Counted from the stretch's first letter, positions 6,861 to 17,676 are shown. The stretch is DNA of 24,731 bases from an uncultured Clostridia bacterium (GCA_963558405.1 CAUWGC010000021.1:1-24731), one strand, 5' to 3'. Notes: generated by a model not told the origin, from the sequence alone. Made by a program: numbers and translations.

Positions 6861-7724
6861 TTAAGAAGTAAAAATAACTTTTTTCTTTCCCATTGCACCA
6901 GTTCCTCCAATTCCTTTTGTTCCATCACGTAATTCGGAAGCTACATCAGAAATAGTTACATATTTACTTATGTCTGTAGTAGCTATTTTTTCGGCAATTA
7001 TTAAAGGATCTGCAAAATCAATTAATACTCTAGCAGGTGATGAAGCAAAATTAGAACCAGCCGACATTATTGCTTCAAAATAACTTTGACAAGCACCAGC
7101 AAAGATTACTAAATCTTTATTATTAGAATAAGACCATTTACGTGCAATTTTAACACTATCTATAAAATATTTGGAATTTCTATAATTATAAATATTATTG
7201 TAGTCTGTTCCATTTTTTATCATTCCATCATGACCAGTTAATACTAAAATATCTGGCTGATAGTGATTTAATAAATTTTCTATCATATAAGGTTGTTTAT
7301 TTTCTGCAATATTTTTAACAATAGCATTTAGACCTAAATTTTTATAATGTTTAGCAGATTTATCACTGTATTTTTTGTCACCATCTACGTGTAAAATTTT
7401 TCCTGTGTATGTCATATTTTCACTTCGATTATTTAAAGAAAAAACATTTTTTAAAGAGGAAATGGTGTTTTTTGAATAATGAGGACATTGTACAATACGA
7501 TTTTTTAATTTTGAATCTAAGTTTCTTAAGTTTTTATCTACTATAACAGAATCTACAAGTTCTAAATCGGAAACAGGGCTGTCCGCCTCAATACGAATTG
7601 TTAAGCCTTTAAGAATTGCAATATCATTACCATTATTACCTCTTATAATTCTTGTTACAATAAAGAGGATGTCTTTTCCATAAGATTTTCTACCAACAAT
7701 GTCACCTTTTTTGATTTTTTCCAT
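6861..7724 (-). CDS. yabG: Sporulation peptidase YabG
   Basis: GDIVGRKSYGKDILF, PDILVLTGHDG, FAGACQSYFEAI, GSNFASSPARVLI. Confidence 0.92.
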   Translation of the reverse strand: MEKIKKGDIVGRKSYGKDILFIVTRIIRGNNGNDIAILKGLTIRIEADSPVSDLELVDSVIVDKNLRNLDSKLKNRIVQCPHYSKNTISSLKNVFSLNNRSENMTYTGKILHVDGDKKYSDKSAKHYKNLGLNAIVKNIAENKQPYMIENLLNHYQPDILVLTGHDGMIKNGTDYNNIYNYRNSKYFIDSVKIARKWSYSNNKDLVIFAGACQSYFEAIMSAGSNFASSPARVLIDFADPLIIAEKIATTDISKYVTISDVASELRDGTKGIGGTGAMGKKKVIFTS

Positions 7725-7901
7725 TACTTTTTAATCACCTCTTTTTTAGCAATACTCAATATATTGTATGTTAGAAAAGCAAAAAACGACACTGTAATAC
7801 AAAAGAAATAATAATGTAATATAAATGTAACATTATAAGAAAAAACAGAGAAATCCTTACAGCTCCAGGAGAAACAAGCAATTTACAAAACCTTCCTTTT
7901 T

Positions 7902-7930
7902 TTGACATTTATGTATGATTATGATAAAAT
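7902..7930 (+). promoter_or_regulatory. sigmaA promoter of veg
   Basis: TTGACA-N17-TAAAAT with TG extension. Confidence 0.7.
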
Positions 7931-7958
7931 TGGACTAGCTTAAAGGAGTGGATGAATT

Positions 7959-8258
7959 ATGGCTATTTGGAAAAATGATATAATGAGCCTTAAAGAAAAC
8001 ATCGACGGAAGGATTGGGCAAAAGATAATAGTAAAAGGAACTTTAGGAAGAAATAAACCTTTTGAAAAAGAAGCTACAATAGAAAAAGCTTATCCATCAG
8101 TATTTAGTGTTAAATATAGTGATGAGCAAAGAGATTTTACAACTTATAAATATACAGATGTCTTAACAAGAGTAGTAGAAGTATGTGTTTTTGATGGTCA
8201 AAATTACAGTTCTATTATTCCTGAAATGCCAGAGACTAAAAGGCATCATAGACTATAA
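7959..8258 (+). CDS. veg: Veg family protein
   Basis: IGQKIIVKGTLGRNK...IEKAYPSVF...YKYTDVLT; adjacent to yabG. Confidence 0.85.
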   Translation: MAIWKNDIMSLKENIDGRIGQKIIVKGTLGRNKPFEKEATIEKAYPSVFSVKYSDEQRDFTTYKYTDVLTRVVEVCVFDGQNYSSIIPEMPETKRHHRL

Positions 8259-8260
8259 AT

Positions 8261-8291
8261 AAAAAAACAGTGAAAACACTGTTTTTTTTTT
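8261..8291 (+). terminator. Intrinsic terminator
   Basis: aaaaaaacagtg-aaaa-cactgttttttttt. Confidence 0.75.
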
Positions 8292-8292
8292 G

Positions 8293-8320
8293 TCATATTT
8301 TTACTAAAACAAAATACAAT
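8293..8320 (+). promoter_or_regulatory. sigmaE-type promoter of the SPOCS/LysM gene
   Basis: TCATATT-N13-AATACAAT. Confidence 0.6.
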
Positions 8321-8353
8321 TATCTTAAAGATAAAATATAAGGAGGTAAAAAA

Positions 8354-9904
8354 ATGATAGATGCAGAAAAAGACAATCTATGTATTAATAGAATAATTGG
8401 AGAAAAAGTAGATAATACAATAGTAGAAGGAGATGTTATAGTTCCAGATATTAAACCAGATTGTTTGAGTATTATTCATACAAGTGGAAATGTATGTATT
8501 TATAAAAAAGAAGTATTAGACGGAAAGGTAAAAATAGAAGGAAGCATTAATACTTATATTATTTATTTAGCAGATGATGAAAAAAATAGTATAAGATCTT
8601 TAAATACTAACATAGATTTTACAGAGATGTTTAATATAGAAGAAGCAAAAATAGGTATGAGTTTAGAAGAGCAAACTTTAATAAAACAAATGGATTGTAA
8701 TATTTTAAATGGAAGAAAAGTAAATGTTAAAATAAATATGGAAGTAAAAACAAAAGTATATTCTAATGATACAATAGAATTTATAAAACAAGTAAAAGGA
8801 GAAGAGGACATTCAATTGTTAAATAAAGCTTTTAATATTAATTCTTTAAAAGGTGAAGGAAAATCTAATGTATATGCAAAAGATACTTTAATATTAGATA
8901 ATGTAGATAATTTAGCAGAAATATTAAAGGTAGATTTAAAACTTATTAATAAGGATACAAAAATAAGTTACAACAAAGTATTGGCTAAAGCAGATGCTGT
9001 CATAAAAATTTTGTATTTAACAGAAGATAATAGGATTAACAGTATAGAAGGAAATATTCCTGTAATGGGATTTATTGATATTCAAGATGTTACAGATGAA
9101 AATATTTGTGATATGAGGTATGAATTAAAAAATATATTAGTAAAACCAAATAGTGTTGAAGAACATTCTATATATGTAGAAGCAGAAATAGAAATTTCTT
9201 GCAAAGTATATGAAAATAAACAAATAGAAATTATTCAAGATTTATATAGTATAACAGGAGAAGCAGAATTTACTCAAAAAGAAGTAGAAACAATGACAGA
9301 AAAATTAAATATTAAAGATGTATGTAGCATTAGACAAAGTAGTCTTATACCAGAAATAAATGGAAATAAAATATATGATGTGGAAGTAAATCCTGCTATA
9401 ATAAAGCAAAATATATTAAAAGACAGAGTTGTATATGAAGGAGAAGTAACACTAAAGTTTATTTTTTCATCAGATATTCAAGGAAGAATGGATAGCAAAA
9501 TAATAACATTACCATATGAATTTAGTGTAGATATAGCAGGAATTAATCAATCATCAGAAATTATGACTAGTATTGATGTAAATATGGATACTTTTGTACT
9601 TATGCCAGATGGAAATATGGATATAAAGATAGATTTAGGATTTGAAATAAGTGTATCTAGAAAAGTAAAATTATCTATGATTCAAGAAATTAATTTAAAA
9701 GAAAGTAGAGATATAAAAATTTATAGTGTTATTATATATTTTGTAAAACCAGGAGATACTTTATGGAATATTGCAAAAAAATTTAGAAGCACAGTAGATG
9801 CTATTGCAAAATTAAATAATATAGAAGATGTTAATAATTTAAAAATAGGACAGCAGTTATTTATTCCTAAATATGTTGGAGGAAGTAAAGAGGCAACTGC
9901 TTAA
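8354..9904 (+). CDS. sipL: SPOCS (DUF3794) repeats plus C-terminal LysM; SipL-like spore coat morphogenetic protein
   Basis: EGDVIVPDIKPD start, three repeated domains, YFVKPGDTLWNIAKKF LysM. Confidence 0.8.
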   Translation: MIDAEKDNLCINRIIGEKVDNTIVEGDVIVPDIKPDCLSIIHTSGNVCIYKKEVLDGKVKIEGSINTYIIYLADDEKNSIRSLNTNIDFTEMFNIEEAKIGMSLEEQTLIKQMDCNILNGRKVNVKINMEVKTKVYSNDTIEFIKQVKGEEDIQLLNKAFNINSLKGEGKSNVYAKDTLILDNVDNLAEILKVDLKLINKDTKISYNKVLAKADAVIKILYLTEDNRINSIEGNIPVMGFIDIQDVTDENICDMRYELKNILVKPNSVEEHSIYVEAEIEISCKVYENKQIEIIQDLYSITGEAEFTQKEVETMTEKLNIKDVCSIRQSSLIPEINGNKIYDVEVNPAIIKQNILKDRVVYEGEVTLKFIFSSDIQGRMDSKIITLPYEFSVDIAGINQSSEIMTSIDVNMDTFVLMPDGNMDIKIDLGFEISVSRKVKLSMIQEINLKESRDIKIYSVIIYFVKPGDTLWNIAKKFRSTVDAIAKLNNIEDVNNLKIGQQLFIPKYVGGSKEATA

Positions 9905-9914
9905 AGGTAGAAGT

Positions 9915-10652
9915 ATGGATAAAATCTATTCAAGAAATAGAATTAAATTTCATAATAAAATGCCTAAAATAAATTTTTTCTTTAAGAAATCTAATTTACC
10001 CGAAAATAACAAAGTGGCAAAAAAAGTAATTACTATAGTAATAATTTTATGTATTGCTTTTTTAGTAGCAAAAACAATATTACAAGCAATATATCCAATT
10101 TTTGAAACTTTATGTGAAAATAGAGCAATGGCAATAGCTACTAGAATATCTAATGAACAAGCAACTAATGTAATGGCTAATTATAAATATCAAGATTTGT
10201 GTACTGTAACTAAAGATGTTAATGGAAATGTAACAATGATAAAATCAAATATTATACCAATTAATGAAATCATATCAGATATAGCAGTTCGTATACAAAA
10301 AGAGTTAGATAAAGAAAGTAGTACATCATTTGATATTAGATTAGGAAGTTTTACAGGAAGTAAATTGCTTTCAGGAATAGGACCAGAAATACATTTTAAA
10401 ATGTCTAGTGTAGGCAATGTAGAAACAGATTTAAGATCAGAATTTTCTTCTGCAGGAGTTAATCAAACATTACATAAAATTTATCTGCAAGTAGAATGTA
10501 ATGTACAGATATTAACACCATTTAATATTATAGAAAAAAGAATTTCAAATCAAGTACTTTTAGCAGAAGCGGTAATTATAGGAACAGTACCAGATACTTA
10601 TTATAATTTAGAAGGAATGACAAAAGATAATGCAATAAACCTAATAGAATGA
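9915..10652 (+). CDS. yunB: Sporulation protein YunB
   Basis: N-terminal TM segment; LSGIGPEI...SEFSSAGVNQTLHKIYL...IIGTVPDTY; start moved to ATG 9915. Confidence 0.88.
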   Translation: MDKIYSRNRIKFHNKMPKINFFFKKSNLPENNKVAKKVITIVIILCIAFLVAKTILQAIYPIFETLCENRAMAIATRISNEQATNVMANYKYQDLCTVTKDVNGNVTMIKSNIIPINEIISDIAVRIQKELDKESSTSFDIRLGSFTGSKLLSGIGPEIHFKMSSVGNVETDLRSEFSSAGVNQTLHKIYLQVECNVQILTPFNIIEKRISNQVLLAEAVIIGTVPDTYYNLEGMTKDNAINLIE

Positions 10653-10673
10653 AGACCTAAAAGGTCTTTTTTC

Positions 10674-10702
10674 TTGCCTTTTTATATTACCTATGGTAAA
10701 AT
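10674..10702 (+). promoter_or_regulatory. sigmaA-like promoter of lepA
   Basis: TTGCCT-N17-TAAAAT with TG extension. Confidence 0.55.
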
Positions 10703-10728
10703 AATTAACAGAAAAAGGAGAGAAATAG

Positions 10729-12543
10729 ATGGAAAAATCAAAACAACAAAACATTCGTAATTTTAGTATTATTGCACATATTGACCATGGAAAATCAACA
10801 TTAGCAGATAGATTAATAGAAATGACAGGTGTACTTACAGATAGAGAAATGGAAAGTCAAGTACTAGATAATATGGAATTAGAAAAAGAAAGAGGAATAA
10901 CAATTAAATCCCAAGCAGTACGTATGAAATATAAATCTTCAGATGGTGAAGAATATATTTTAAATTTAATAGATACTCCAGGACATGTGGACTTTAATTA
11001 TGAAGTATCAAGAAGTTTAGCAGCTTGTGATGGGGCCGTTTTGGTAGTAGATGCAAGTCAAGGTGTAGAAGCTCAAACTTTAGCTAATGTTTATTTAGCA
11101 TTAGATAATAATCTAGAAATAATACCAGTTATAAATAAAATAGATTTACCTAATGCAAGACCAGATGAAGTAAAAAAAGAAATAGAAGATATTATTGGAA
11201 TAGATGCTGAAGATGCACCATGTATTTCTGCAAAATCAGGTTTAAATGTTGAAAAAGTATTAGAAAAAATAGTAAAAGATTTGCCAGCTCCACAAGGTGA
11301 TGAGAACAAACCTTTAAAGTCACTTATTTTTGATTCATATTATGATAATTATAAAGGTGCAATTGCATATGTTAGAGTGGTTGACGGAACAGTAAAAGAG
11401 GGCGATGAAATTTTATTAATGGCAACAGGGAAAAAATTTGTAGTAACAGAAGTAGGTTACTTTGAGCCTGGTATTTATAAAAAAGCTGATGAGTTATCAG
11501 CAGGAGAAGTAGGATATATAGCAGCTAGTATTAAAAATTTGGAAGATTTACACGTAGGGGATACAATTACTAAAAGTGAAGAACCAGCAAAAGAACCTTT
11601 AGAAGGATACAAAGCTGTAAATCCAATGGTATATTGCGGAATATATCCAATGGATGGAAGCGATTATGAGAATTTAAAAGTTGCTTTAGAAAAATTAAAG
11701 CTTAATGATGCAGCACTTACATTTGAAGCAGAAACATCTGCTGCATTAGGTTTTGGATTTCGTTGTGGATTTTTAGGGTTATTACACTTAGAAATTATAG
11801 AAGAAAGATTAGACAGGGAATATGGTTTAAGTTTAATTACAACATCACCTTCTGTTATTTATCATGTACATAAAACAAATGGAGAAGTAATAGAATTATA
11901 TAACCCTTCAGATTTACCACCTCAATCAGAAATATCATTTATGGAAGAGCCTTTTGTAACTGCAGAAATATTAACACCTAAGGAATATGTAGGAAATATA
12001 ATGGAAATATGTCAAAACAGAAGAGGAATTTATAAAGATATGAAGTATTTAGACCAAAATCGTGTTACATTATATTATGAAATGCCTTTAAACGAAATTA
12101 TATATGACTTTTTTGATAATTTAAAATCAAAAACAAAGGGATATGCTTCTTTTGATTATGAATTTAAAGAATATGTAAAATCAGATTTAGTTAAACTTGA
12201 TATATATGTAAATGGTGAAAGTGTTGATGCATTATCTTTTATTGTACATAAGGATAATAGTTATACAAGGGGCAAAAAAATGGTAGAAAAATTAAAAGAA
12301 GTAATACCAAGGAAATTATTTGCAATTCCTCTTCAAGCTGTTATAGGCGGAAAAATCATAGCCAGAGAAACAATTTCAGCAATGAGAAAAGACGTACTTG
12401 CAAAATGCTATGGAGGAGATATAACTAGAAAGAAAAAATTACTAGAAAAACAAAAAAGAGGAAAGAAAAAAATGCGTGAAATTGGAAATGTAGAAATGCC
12501 TCAAGAAGCATTTTTATCAATATTAAAATTAGATGAGGAGTAA
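10729..12543 (+). CDS. lepA: Elongation factor 4
   Basis: [52 protein letters not shown]. Confidence 0.98.
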   Translation: MEKSKQQNIRNFSIIAHIDHGKSTLADRLIEMTGVLTDREMESQVLDNMELEKERGITIKSQAVRMKYKSSDGEEYILNLIDTPGHVDFNYEVSRSLAACDGAVLVVDASQGVEAQTLANVYLALDNNLEIIPVINKIDLPNARPDEVKKEIEDIIGIDAEDAPCISAKSGLNVEKVLEKIVKDLPAPQGDENKPLKSLIFDSYYDNYKGAIAYVRVVDGTVKEGDEILLMATGKKFVVTEVGYFEPGIYKKADELSAGEVGYIAASIKNLEDLHVGDTITKSEEPAKEPLEGYKAVNPMVYCGIYPMDGSDYENLKVALEKLKLNDAALTFEAETSAALGFGFRCGFLGLLHLEIIEERLDREYGLSLITTSPSVIYHVHKTNGEVIELYNPSDLPPQSEISFMEEPFVTAEILTPKEYVGNIMEICQNRRGIYKDMKYLDQNRVTLYYEMPLNEIIYDFFDNLKSKTKGYASFDYEFKEYVKSDLVKLDIYVNGESVDALSFIVHKDNSYTRGKKMVEKLKEVIPRKLFAIPLQAVIGGKIIARETISAMRKDVLAKCYGGDITRKKKLLEKQKRGKKKMREIGNVEMPQEAFLSILKLDEE

Positions 12544-12545
12544 AA

Positions 12546-13310
12546 ATGGAAAAATCAAAAAAAGAAAATAAAATATTTGAAGATCAAGTAGAAGGAAGAA
12601 ATGCTGTTATGGAACTATTATTATCTAAAAGAGATATTAATAAATTGTTAGTAGCAAAAGGCGAAAAACATGGTTCTATATACAAAATTATAGCATTAGC
12701 AAAAGAAAGAAAAATACCAATAGCTGAAGTAGAACGTAATAAAATAAATCAAATGTCACAAACCGAAAACGCACAAGGTGTTATTGCAATAGTTCCACCT
12801 TTTAATTATCAAACAGTTGACGAAATGTTAGAACTTGCAAAACAAAGAAACGAAGATCCATTGTTATTATTATTGGATGGTATAGAAGACCCACATAATT
12901 TAGGTTCAATTATAAGAACAGCAGAAACAGCAGGAGTTCACGGAATTATTATACCTAAAAGAAGATCTGCTTTGGTTAACAGTACAGTAAGTAAAACCTC
13001 AGCAGGAGCAGTAGAACATATGAAAATAGCAAGAGTAAATAACTTAAATGAAACTATTCGTGATTTAAAAGAAAAAGGACTATGGATAGTAGGAACAGAT
13101 ATGAATACAGAGACATATTATTATAAACAAGATTTAAAAGGACCTATTGCTATTGTAATAGGAAGCGAAGGATTTGGAATGAGTGAACTTGTTAAAAAGA
13201 ACTGTGATTTTATTGTAAAAATTCCTATGAAAGGAAAAATAACATCACTAAATGCATCTGTATCTGCCGGAATTATAATGTATGAAGCTGTAAGGCAAAG
13301 GAATAAATAA
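12546..13310 (+). CDS. rlmB: 23S rRNA Gm2251 2'-O-methyltransferase (SPOUT/TrmH family)
   Basis: DGIEDPHNLGSIIRTA, GSEGFG, SLNASVSAG. Confidence 0.92.
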   Translation: MEKSKKENKIFEDQVEGRNAVMELLLSKRDINKLLVAKGEKHGSIYKIIALAKERKIPIAEVERNKINQMSQTENAQGVIAIVPPFNYQTVDEMLELAKQRNEDPLLLLLDGIEDPHNLGSIIRTAETAGVHGIIIPKRRSALVNSTVSKTSAGAVEHMKIARVNNLNETIRDLKEKGLWIVGTDMNTETYYYKQDLKGPIAIVIGSEGFGMSELVKKNCDFIVKIPMKGKITSLNASVSAGIIMYEAVRQRNK

Positions 13311-13312
13311 AC

Positions 13313-13344
13313 AAATAGTCACGTTTTACTACGTGGCTATTTTT
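13313..13344 (+). terminator. Intrinsic terminator
   Basis: aaatagtcacgt-tttact-acgtggctattttt. Confidence 0.7.
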
Positions 13345-13405
13345 GATAACAAAAGACTTGAATAATAAGGTAAAAAAAGGAAATAATAAAAATAAAGGTG
13401 ATTAA

Positions 13406-14254
13406 ATGTTTTTAGAAATAATTAAATTTTTAATATATTCATTTTTAATTGTTATAATAGCAAAATATGTACTGGTAAAATTACTAAGAAAATTAGCAGA
13501 AAACTTAAATTTAAAGCCAAAAACAGTAGGAAATATAGCTGGTTTTGCAACATCTGTTCCAGAGCTTCTAACAATATCATTTTCTTCTGCTACAGGTTTT
13601 ATTTCAACTAGTATATTTAATGTTCTTAGTTCAAATGTAATTAACTTTATACAATACATTTTGTCTATTTATCTTAATAAAAATGCAAAAGTATTAAAAA
13701 ATACAGCTATTAGAATAGATATTATAATGGTATTGTTTACAATATTAATTCCTGTTTTTTTAGTATGGAGTAATATAGAAACAAGCATAGGAATTATACC
13801 AATCTTTATATTATTATTTCTACTATGTTATATGATAAATAATAATACTCATAAATTATATCTAAAAAAGCAAGAAACTATAATAGAAGAAGAAATTATA
13901 GAGGAAGAAAAGTGGATAAAAGGGAAGAGAAAAATTACTATTACTTACTCAATATACTTAGTTTTAACAGGAATATTATTATTTATTATAGGAAATTTAC
14001 TTAGTAATACTTTAGAAAATTTAGCTACTTTGTTTAATATACCTCAGTCAATTTTGGGTGTAGTTTTAGGAATAATAACAAGCATACCAGAGCTTATTAC
14101 ATTTATAGAATCACAAAAACATTATCGTAATAAAAATAAAACAAATAGCGAATTAGGAGTAGTAGAAGCAACTAATAATTTGCTGACATCAAATATATTA
14201 AATCTATTCTTTATTCAATCTATTGGTATTTTTATTTATTGGATAGTAACTTAA
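13406..14254 (+). CDS. Cation/Ca2+ exchanger (sodium:calcium antiporter) family membrane protein
   Basis: Two alpha-repeat motifs ATSVPEL and ITSIPEL; many TM segments. Confidence 0.75.
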   Translation: MFLEIIKFLIYSFLIVIIAKYVLVKLLRKLAENLNLKPKTVGNIAGFATSVPELLTISFSSATGFISTSIFNVLSSNVINFIQYILSIYLNKNAKVLKNTAIRIDIIMVLFTILIPVFLVWSNIETSIGIIPIFILLFLLCYMINNNTHKLYLKKQETIIEEEIIEEEKWIKGKRKITITYSIYLVLTGILLFIIGNLLSNTLENLATLFNIPQSILGVVLGIITSIPELITFIESQKHYRNKNKTNSELGVVEATNNLLTSNILNLFFIQSIGIFIYWIVT

Positions 14255-14346
14255 AAAGTTGCTATCTTTTTTTAATTTCCTATTTTTGTATAAAAAAAAT
14301 AAAATGGAATATAATAGTAATAATAATAAAAGAAGAGAGGTATAAA

Positions 14347-14619
14347 ATGAATCCTGAATATTTAAAAGAAACAAAAATGGTTGAAAAATCTAATGAACAA
14401 AAAAGAATGGAATTAATATTAAGCATTATAAAAAGTAAAAGAGAATTAGATGCTGCAAATCGTAATTTTGAATATGCAGAGTCAGAATTAATAGACTATT
14501 ACACATATCAAATAAAAGCAATGCGCTCAAAATTAGATTACTTATTAAAAAAAGCTAAAAAAAACGGTATTGTATTAGATATGATAAGTGAAATAGAAAT
14601 TAGATTAAATGAAGCGTAA
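14347..14619 (+). CDS. yaaL: YaaL/DUF2508 family protein
   Basis: AANRNFEYAESELIDYYTYQIKA...LDYLLKKAK; precedes bofA; start moved to ATG 14347. Confidence 0.8.
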   Translation: MNPEYLKETKMVEKSNEQKRMELILSIIKSKRELDAANRNFEYAESELIDYYTYQIKAMRSKLDYLLKKAKKNGIVLDMISEIEIRLNEA

Positions 14620-14623
14620 AAAG

Positions 14624-14652
14624 TAATATTTGTCCTACTTATTTCATAAAAA
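14624..14652 (+). promoter_or_regulatory. sigmaE-type promoter of bofA
   Basis: TAATATT-N14-CATAAAAA; bofA is sigmaE-dependent in B. subtilis. Confidence 0.45.
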
Positions 14653-14675
14653 TGAAATAAGGGTAGGTGGAAATT

Positions 14676-14936
14676 ATGGAGATGAACAATGTTCTAATTT
14701 ATTCTGCTTGTATAATTTTATTATTTATTTTTGGAAGAATATTTGTATTACCATTAAAAAGTGTTTTAAAACTAGTTTTTAATTCTATATTAGGAGGACT
14801 TGTTATTTGGATTATTAATATAATAGGAGGAGCATTTAATTTTCATATAGGACTTAATATAGTAACTTCTATATTAATAGGAATATTAGGAATTCCTGGT
14901 GCAATTTTATTAATAATTTTAAAATTATTTATATAG
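14676..14936 (+). CDS. bofA: Pro-sigmaK processing inhibitor BofA
   Basis: NSILGG...IINIIG...HIGLNIVT...GILGIPG. Confidence 0.88.
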   Translation: MEMNNVLIYSACIILLFIFGRIFVLPLKSVLKLVFNSILGGLVIWIINIIGGAFNFHIGLNIVTSILIGILGIPGAILLIILKLFI

Positions 14937-15052
14937 AATACAAAATTAGAAGAAATGTTATATAGGAATCTTAATTTATAGTTAAAAAATAGTAGTAAAT
15001 TTATAATAGGTGTGATAAAATAGAGATATATATAGTAAGAAGGAGATTTAAT

Positions 15053-15229
15053 ATGAGCGATAAACAATTAGTTTTAAATACAGTTCAAAATATAGATGAC
15101 ACAACAAGTTATGAAGAAATTCTTTACACTCTTTACACACAATTAGAAGTAAAAAAAGGAATAAAAGACATGGAGGAAGGAAATACAAAAACAAGTAAAG
15201 AAGTAAAGGAGATAATAGATAAATGGTAA
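15053..15229 (+). CDS. Putative antitoxin, 58 aa (MSDKQLVLNTVQNIDDTTSYEEILY...KGIKDMEEGN...DKW)
   Basis: Not in the ORF track; AAGGAG RBS; overlaps the start of the toxin gene. Confidence 0.75.
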   Translation: MSDKQLVLNTVQNIDDTTSYEEILYTLYTQLEVKKGIKDMEEGNTKTSKEVKEIIDKW

Positions 15230-15540
15230 TTTGGACAGATAATGCAATATCACATATTACAGAATTTATAGATGAAGCGAGAGAAGATACAGAAGAAACC
15301 GCTAAATCATATATGAGAAAATTAGTTGATTATGTTGATATTTTAGAAACAATTCCAGAGTTGGGAAAAAACATGGAATATATTATATCTGATTATGAAA
15401 TAAGACAATTAATTTATAAGAAATATAGAATTATTTATTATATTAAAGGAAATGATATTGTAATTTTATCTGTTTTACATACGAGATTAGATTTAGGAAA
15501 AGCATTAAGAAAATTAAAAAGAGATATAAATAATAATTAA
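15223..15540 (+). CDS. RelE/ParE family toxin
   Basis: VIWTDNA...LETIPELGK...IRQLIYKKYRIIYYI...ILSVLHTR. Confidence 0.85.
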   Translation: MVIWTDNAISHITEFIDEAREDTEETAKSYMRKLVDYVDILETIPELGKNMEYIISDYEIRQLIYKKYRIIYYIKGNDIVILSVLHTRLDLGKALRKLKRDINNN

Positions 15541-15550
15541 TTATAAAAAA

Positions 15551-15595
15551 ATAAAAGCCCCACTTTGTACTTTAACAACATAGGGGGGCTTTTAT
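15551..15595. terminator. Bidirectional terminator between the toxin gene and glmS
   Basis: ataaaagcccc...ggggcttttat. Confidence 0.6.
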
Positions 15596-15618
15596 GATAA
15601 ATAAAAAATGTGTATAAA

Positions 15619-17460
15619 TTATTCAACAGTAACGGATTTTGCAAGGTTTCTTGGTTTATCTACATCTAATCCCTTTTCTTTAGAAATATAGTAAGATAGT
15701 AATTGTAAAGGTATAACAGAAAGAACAGGTGAAATTAGTGAATCTGTTTTTGGAATATTAAATATAAAATCAAATCCTTTATTTTCAAATTCCTGGTTTG
15801 TAACTATCATTGTCTTAGCACCACGTGTAATAACTTCTTGAATGTTACTAATTGTTTTAGGTGCTAAGTCTTTATTTGTAATCATACTAATAACTGTAAT
15901 TCCGTTTTCTATAAGAGCAATAGGTCCATGTTTTAATTCACCAGCAGCATAAGCTTCTGAATGAATATATGAAATTTCTTTTAATTTTAAAGAACCTTCT
16001 AATGCAACTGCATAATCTGTTCCTCTTCCTAAAAAGAACATATCAGATTCTTTGTAGATCTTTTTTGCAAAATCTTGTATAGGTTTTGTATCTTTTAAAA
16101 TTTCTTCGACTTTAGAAGGAAGTTCTAAAATTTTAGATTTTAATTCTTCTATTTTTTCAGTAGTTTCTTTTTGTAAAACTTCTGCAAAATATATAGCTAA
16201 AATACTTAAAAGTACTAATTGAGAAGTATAAGCTTTTGTAGATGCTACCGCAATTTCTGGACCTGCATGTGTATAGATAGAGTAGTCAGCTTCTCTTGTA
16301 ATACTACTTCCTATTACATTAGATATTGCAAGAGTTTTAGCTCCTTTAGATTTAGCAAGTTTAACTGCTGCAATAGTATCAGCTGTTTCACCAGATTGAC
16401 TAATATAAATACATAATGTTTTTTCATCTATAATAGGGTCACGATAGCGAAATTCTGATGCAATATCAACTTCTGTTGGGATTTTGCAATATTTTTCAAA
16501 AATTGCTTTTGTTCCAAGACCTGCATGCATAGCTGTACCACAAGCTACAATAAATATCTTATTAATAGACTCTAAATATTCTTTGGTAATACAAAGGTCA
16601 TCAAAAACTATTTTCTCGTTTAATTTTAATTTAGCACCAATAGTTTCTCTAATAGATTTAGGTTGTTCAAAAATTTCTTTTAGCATGTAATCTTCGTATC
16701 CATCTTTTTCTGCACTGCTAGCATCCCATTCAATATTCTTAACATTTTTTTCTATTGGTTTTAAATCTTTATCATAAAAACTAGCATTATCACGGTTAAG
16801 TACTACATATTCATAATCATTTAAAAGATAAAAATCTCTTGTAAATGATAATATAGCTGGAATATCAGAACAAATATAATATTCATTTTTTCCTTTTCCA
16901 ACAACAAGAGGACTATCTTTACGAACAACAATCATTGTATCTGGATATAATGAAGAAATTACTTCAATAGCAAAACTTCCATGTAATGAGTTACAAGTTT
17001 TTTGAACTGCACGTAAAAATTTTAAATTATCATTATTTAAATCTTGATTAATATAATAATGAATTAAATTAGGAATAACTTCTGTATCTGTTTGAGAACG
17101 GAAATTATATCCTTTTTCTGTAAGAAAAGTCTTAAGTTCTGTATAATTTTCTATAATTCCATTATGTACAACAGAAAATGTATTACTATTATCCATATGA
17201 GGATGAGAATTTTCTTTACAAGGCTTTCCATGGGTAGCCCATCTAGTATGAGCAATACCAATAGAACCATTTAAATCATCAATGCCTTCTAAATCATATA
17301 AATTCATTACTCTTCCTTTATTTTTCATTAAAGATACATATCCATCCTCAACTGTAGAAATTCCAGCTGAATCATATCCTCTGTATTCTAATCTAAGTAA
17401 TCCATTAATTAAAATTGGGCACGCTTTTTTTGTACCAATATAACCTACTATTCCACACAT
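15619..17460 (-). CDS. glmS: Glutamine--fructose-6-phosphate aminotransferase
   Basis: MCGIVG, HTRWATHG, SQSGETADT, PRNLAKSVTVE. Confidence 0.98.
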   Translation of the reverse strand: MCGIVGYIGTKKACPILINGLLRLEYRGYDSAGISTVEDGYVSLMKNKGRVMNLYDLEGIDDLNGSIGIAHTRWATHGKPCKENSHPHMDNSNTFSVVHNGIIENYTELKTFLTEKGYNFRSQTDTEVIPNLIHYYINQDLNNDNLKFLRAVQKTCNSLHGSFAIEVISSLYPDTMIVVRKDSPLVVGKGKNEYYICSDIPAILSFTRDFYLLNDYEYVVLNRDNASFYDKDLKPIEKNVKNIEWDASSAEKDGYEDYMLKEIFEQPKSIRETIGAKLKLNEKIVFDDLCITKEYLESINKIFIVACGTAMHAGLGTKAIFEKYCKIPTEVDIASEFRYRDPIIDEKTLCIYISQSGETADTIAAVKLAKSKGAKTLAISNVIGSSITREADYSIYTHAGPEIAVASTKAYTSQLVLLSILAIYFAEVLQKETTEKIEELKSKILELPSKVEEILKDTKPIQDFAKKIYKESDMFFLGRGTDYAVALEGSLKLKEISYIHSEAYAAGELKHGPIALIENGITVISMITNKDLAPKTISNIQEVITRGAKTMIVTNQEFENKGFDFIFNIPKTDSLISPVLSVIPLQLLSYYISKEKGLDVDKPRNLAKSVTVE

Positions 17461-17529
17461 ATATAAAAAACCTCCTTAAATTACATTAAAAAGGCTCGCA
17501 AACATAATTACACAATAAATAAACCTACA

Positions 17530-17676
17530 TATAATTTTCTTTGTTCTAATATTACTATTAGTTTTTAAAAAATTACTTAATGACAGTAAGCATGCCATAG
17601 GACCATCCGCCGAATATTTCGATAAGTCCTAATCCTCGTCAACAATAAAATAGTTTTATTGTCCAGGCGCTATTAT
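17530..17676 (-). ncRNA. glmS ribozyme (GlcN6P-activated)
   Basis: Minus strand AGCGCCTGGAC-P1 hairpin-GTTGACGAGG...ATCGAAATATTCGGCGGATG upstream of glmS; 3' end approximate. Confidence 0.92.

Noticed and set aside
10729-12560. lepA and rlmB share the same first 15 nt (atggaaaaatcaaaa)
   Set aside because: A-rich start codon context; likely chance.
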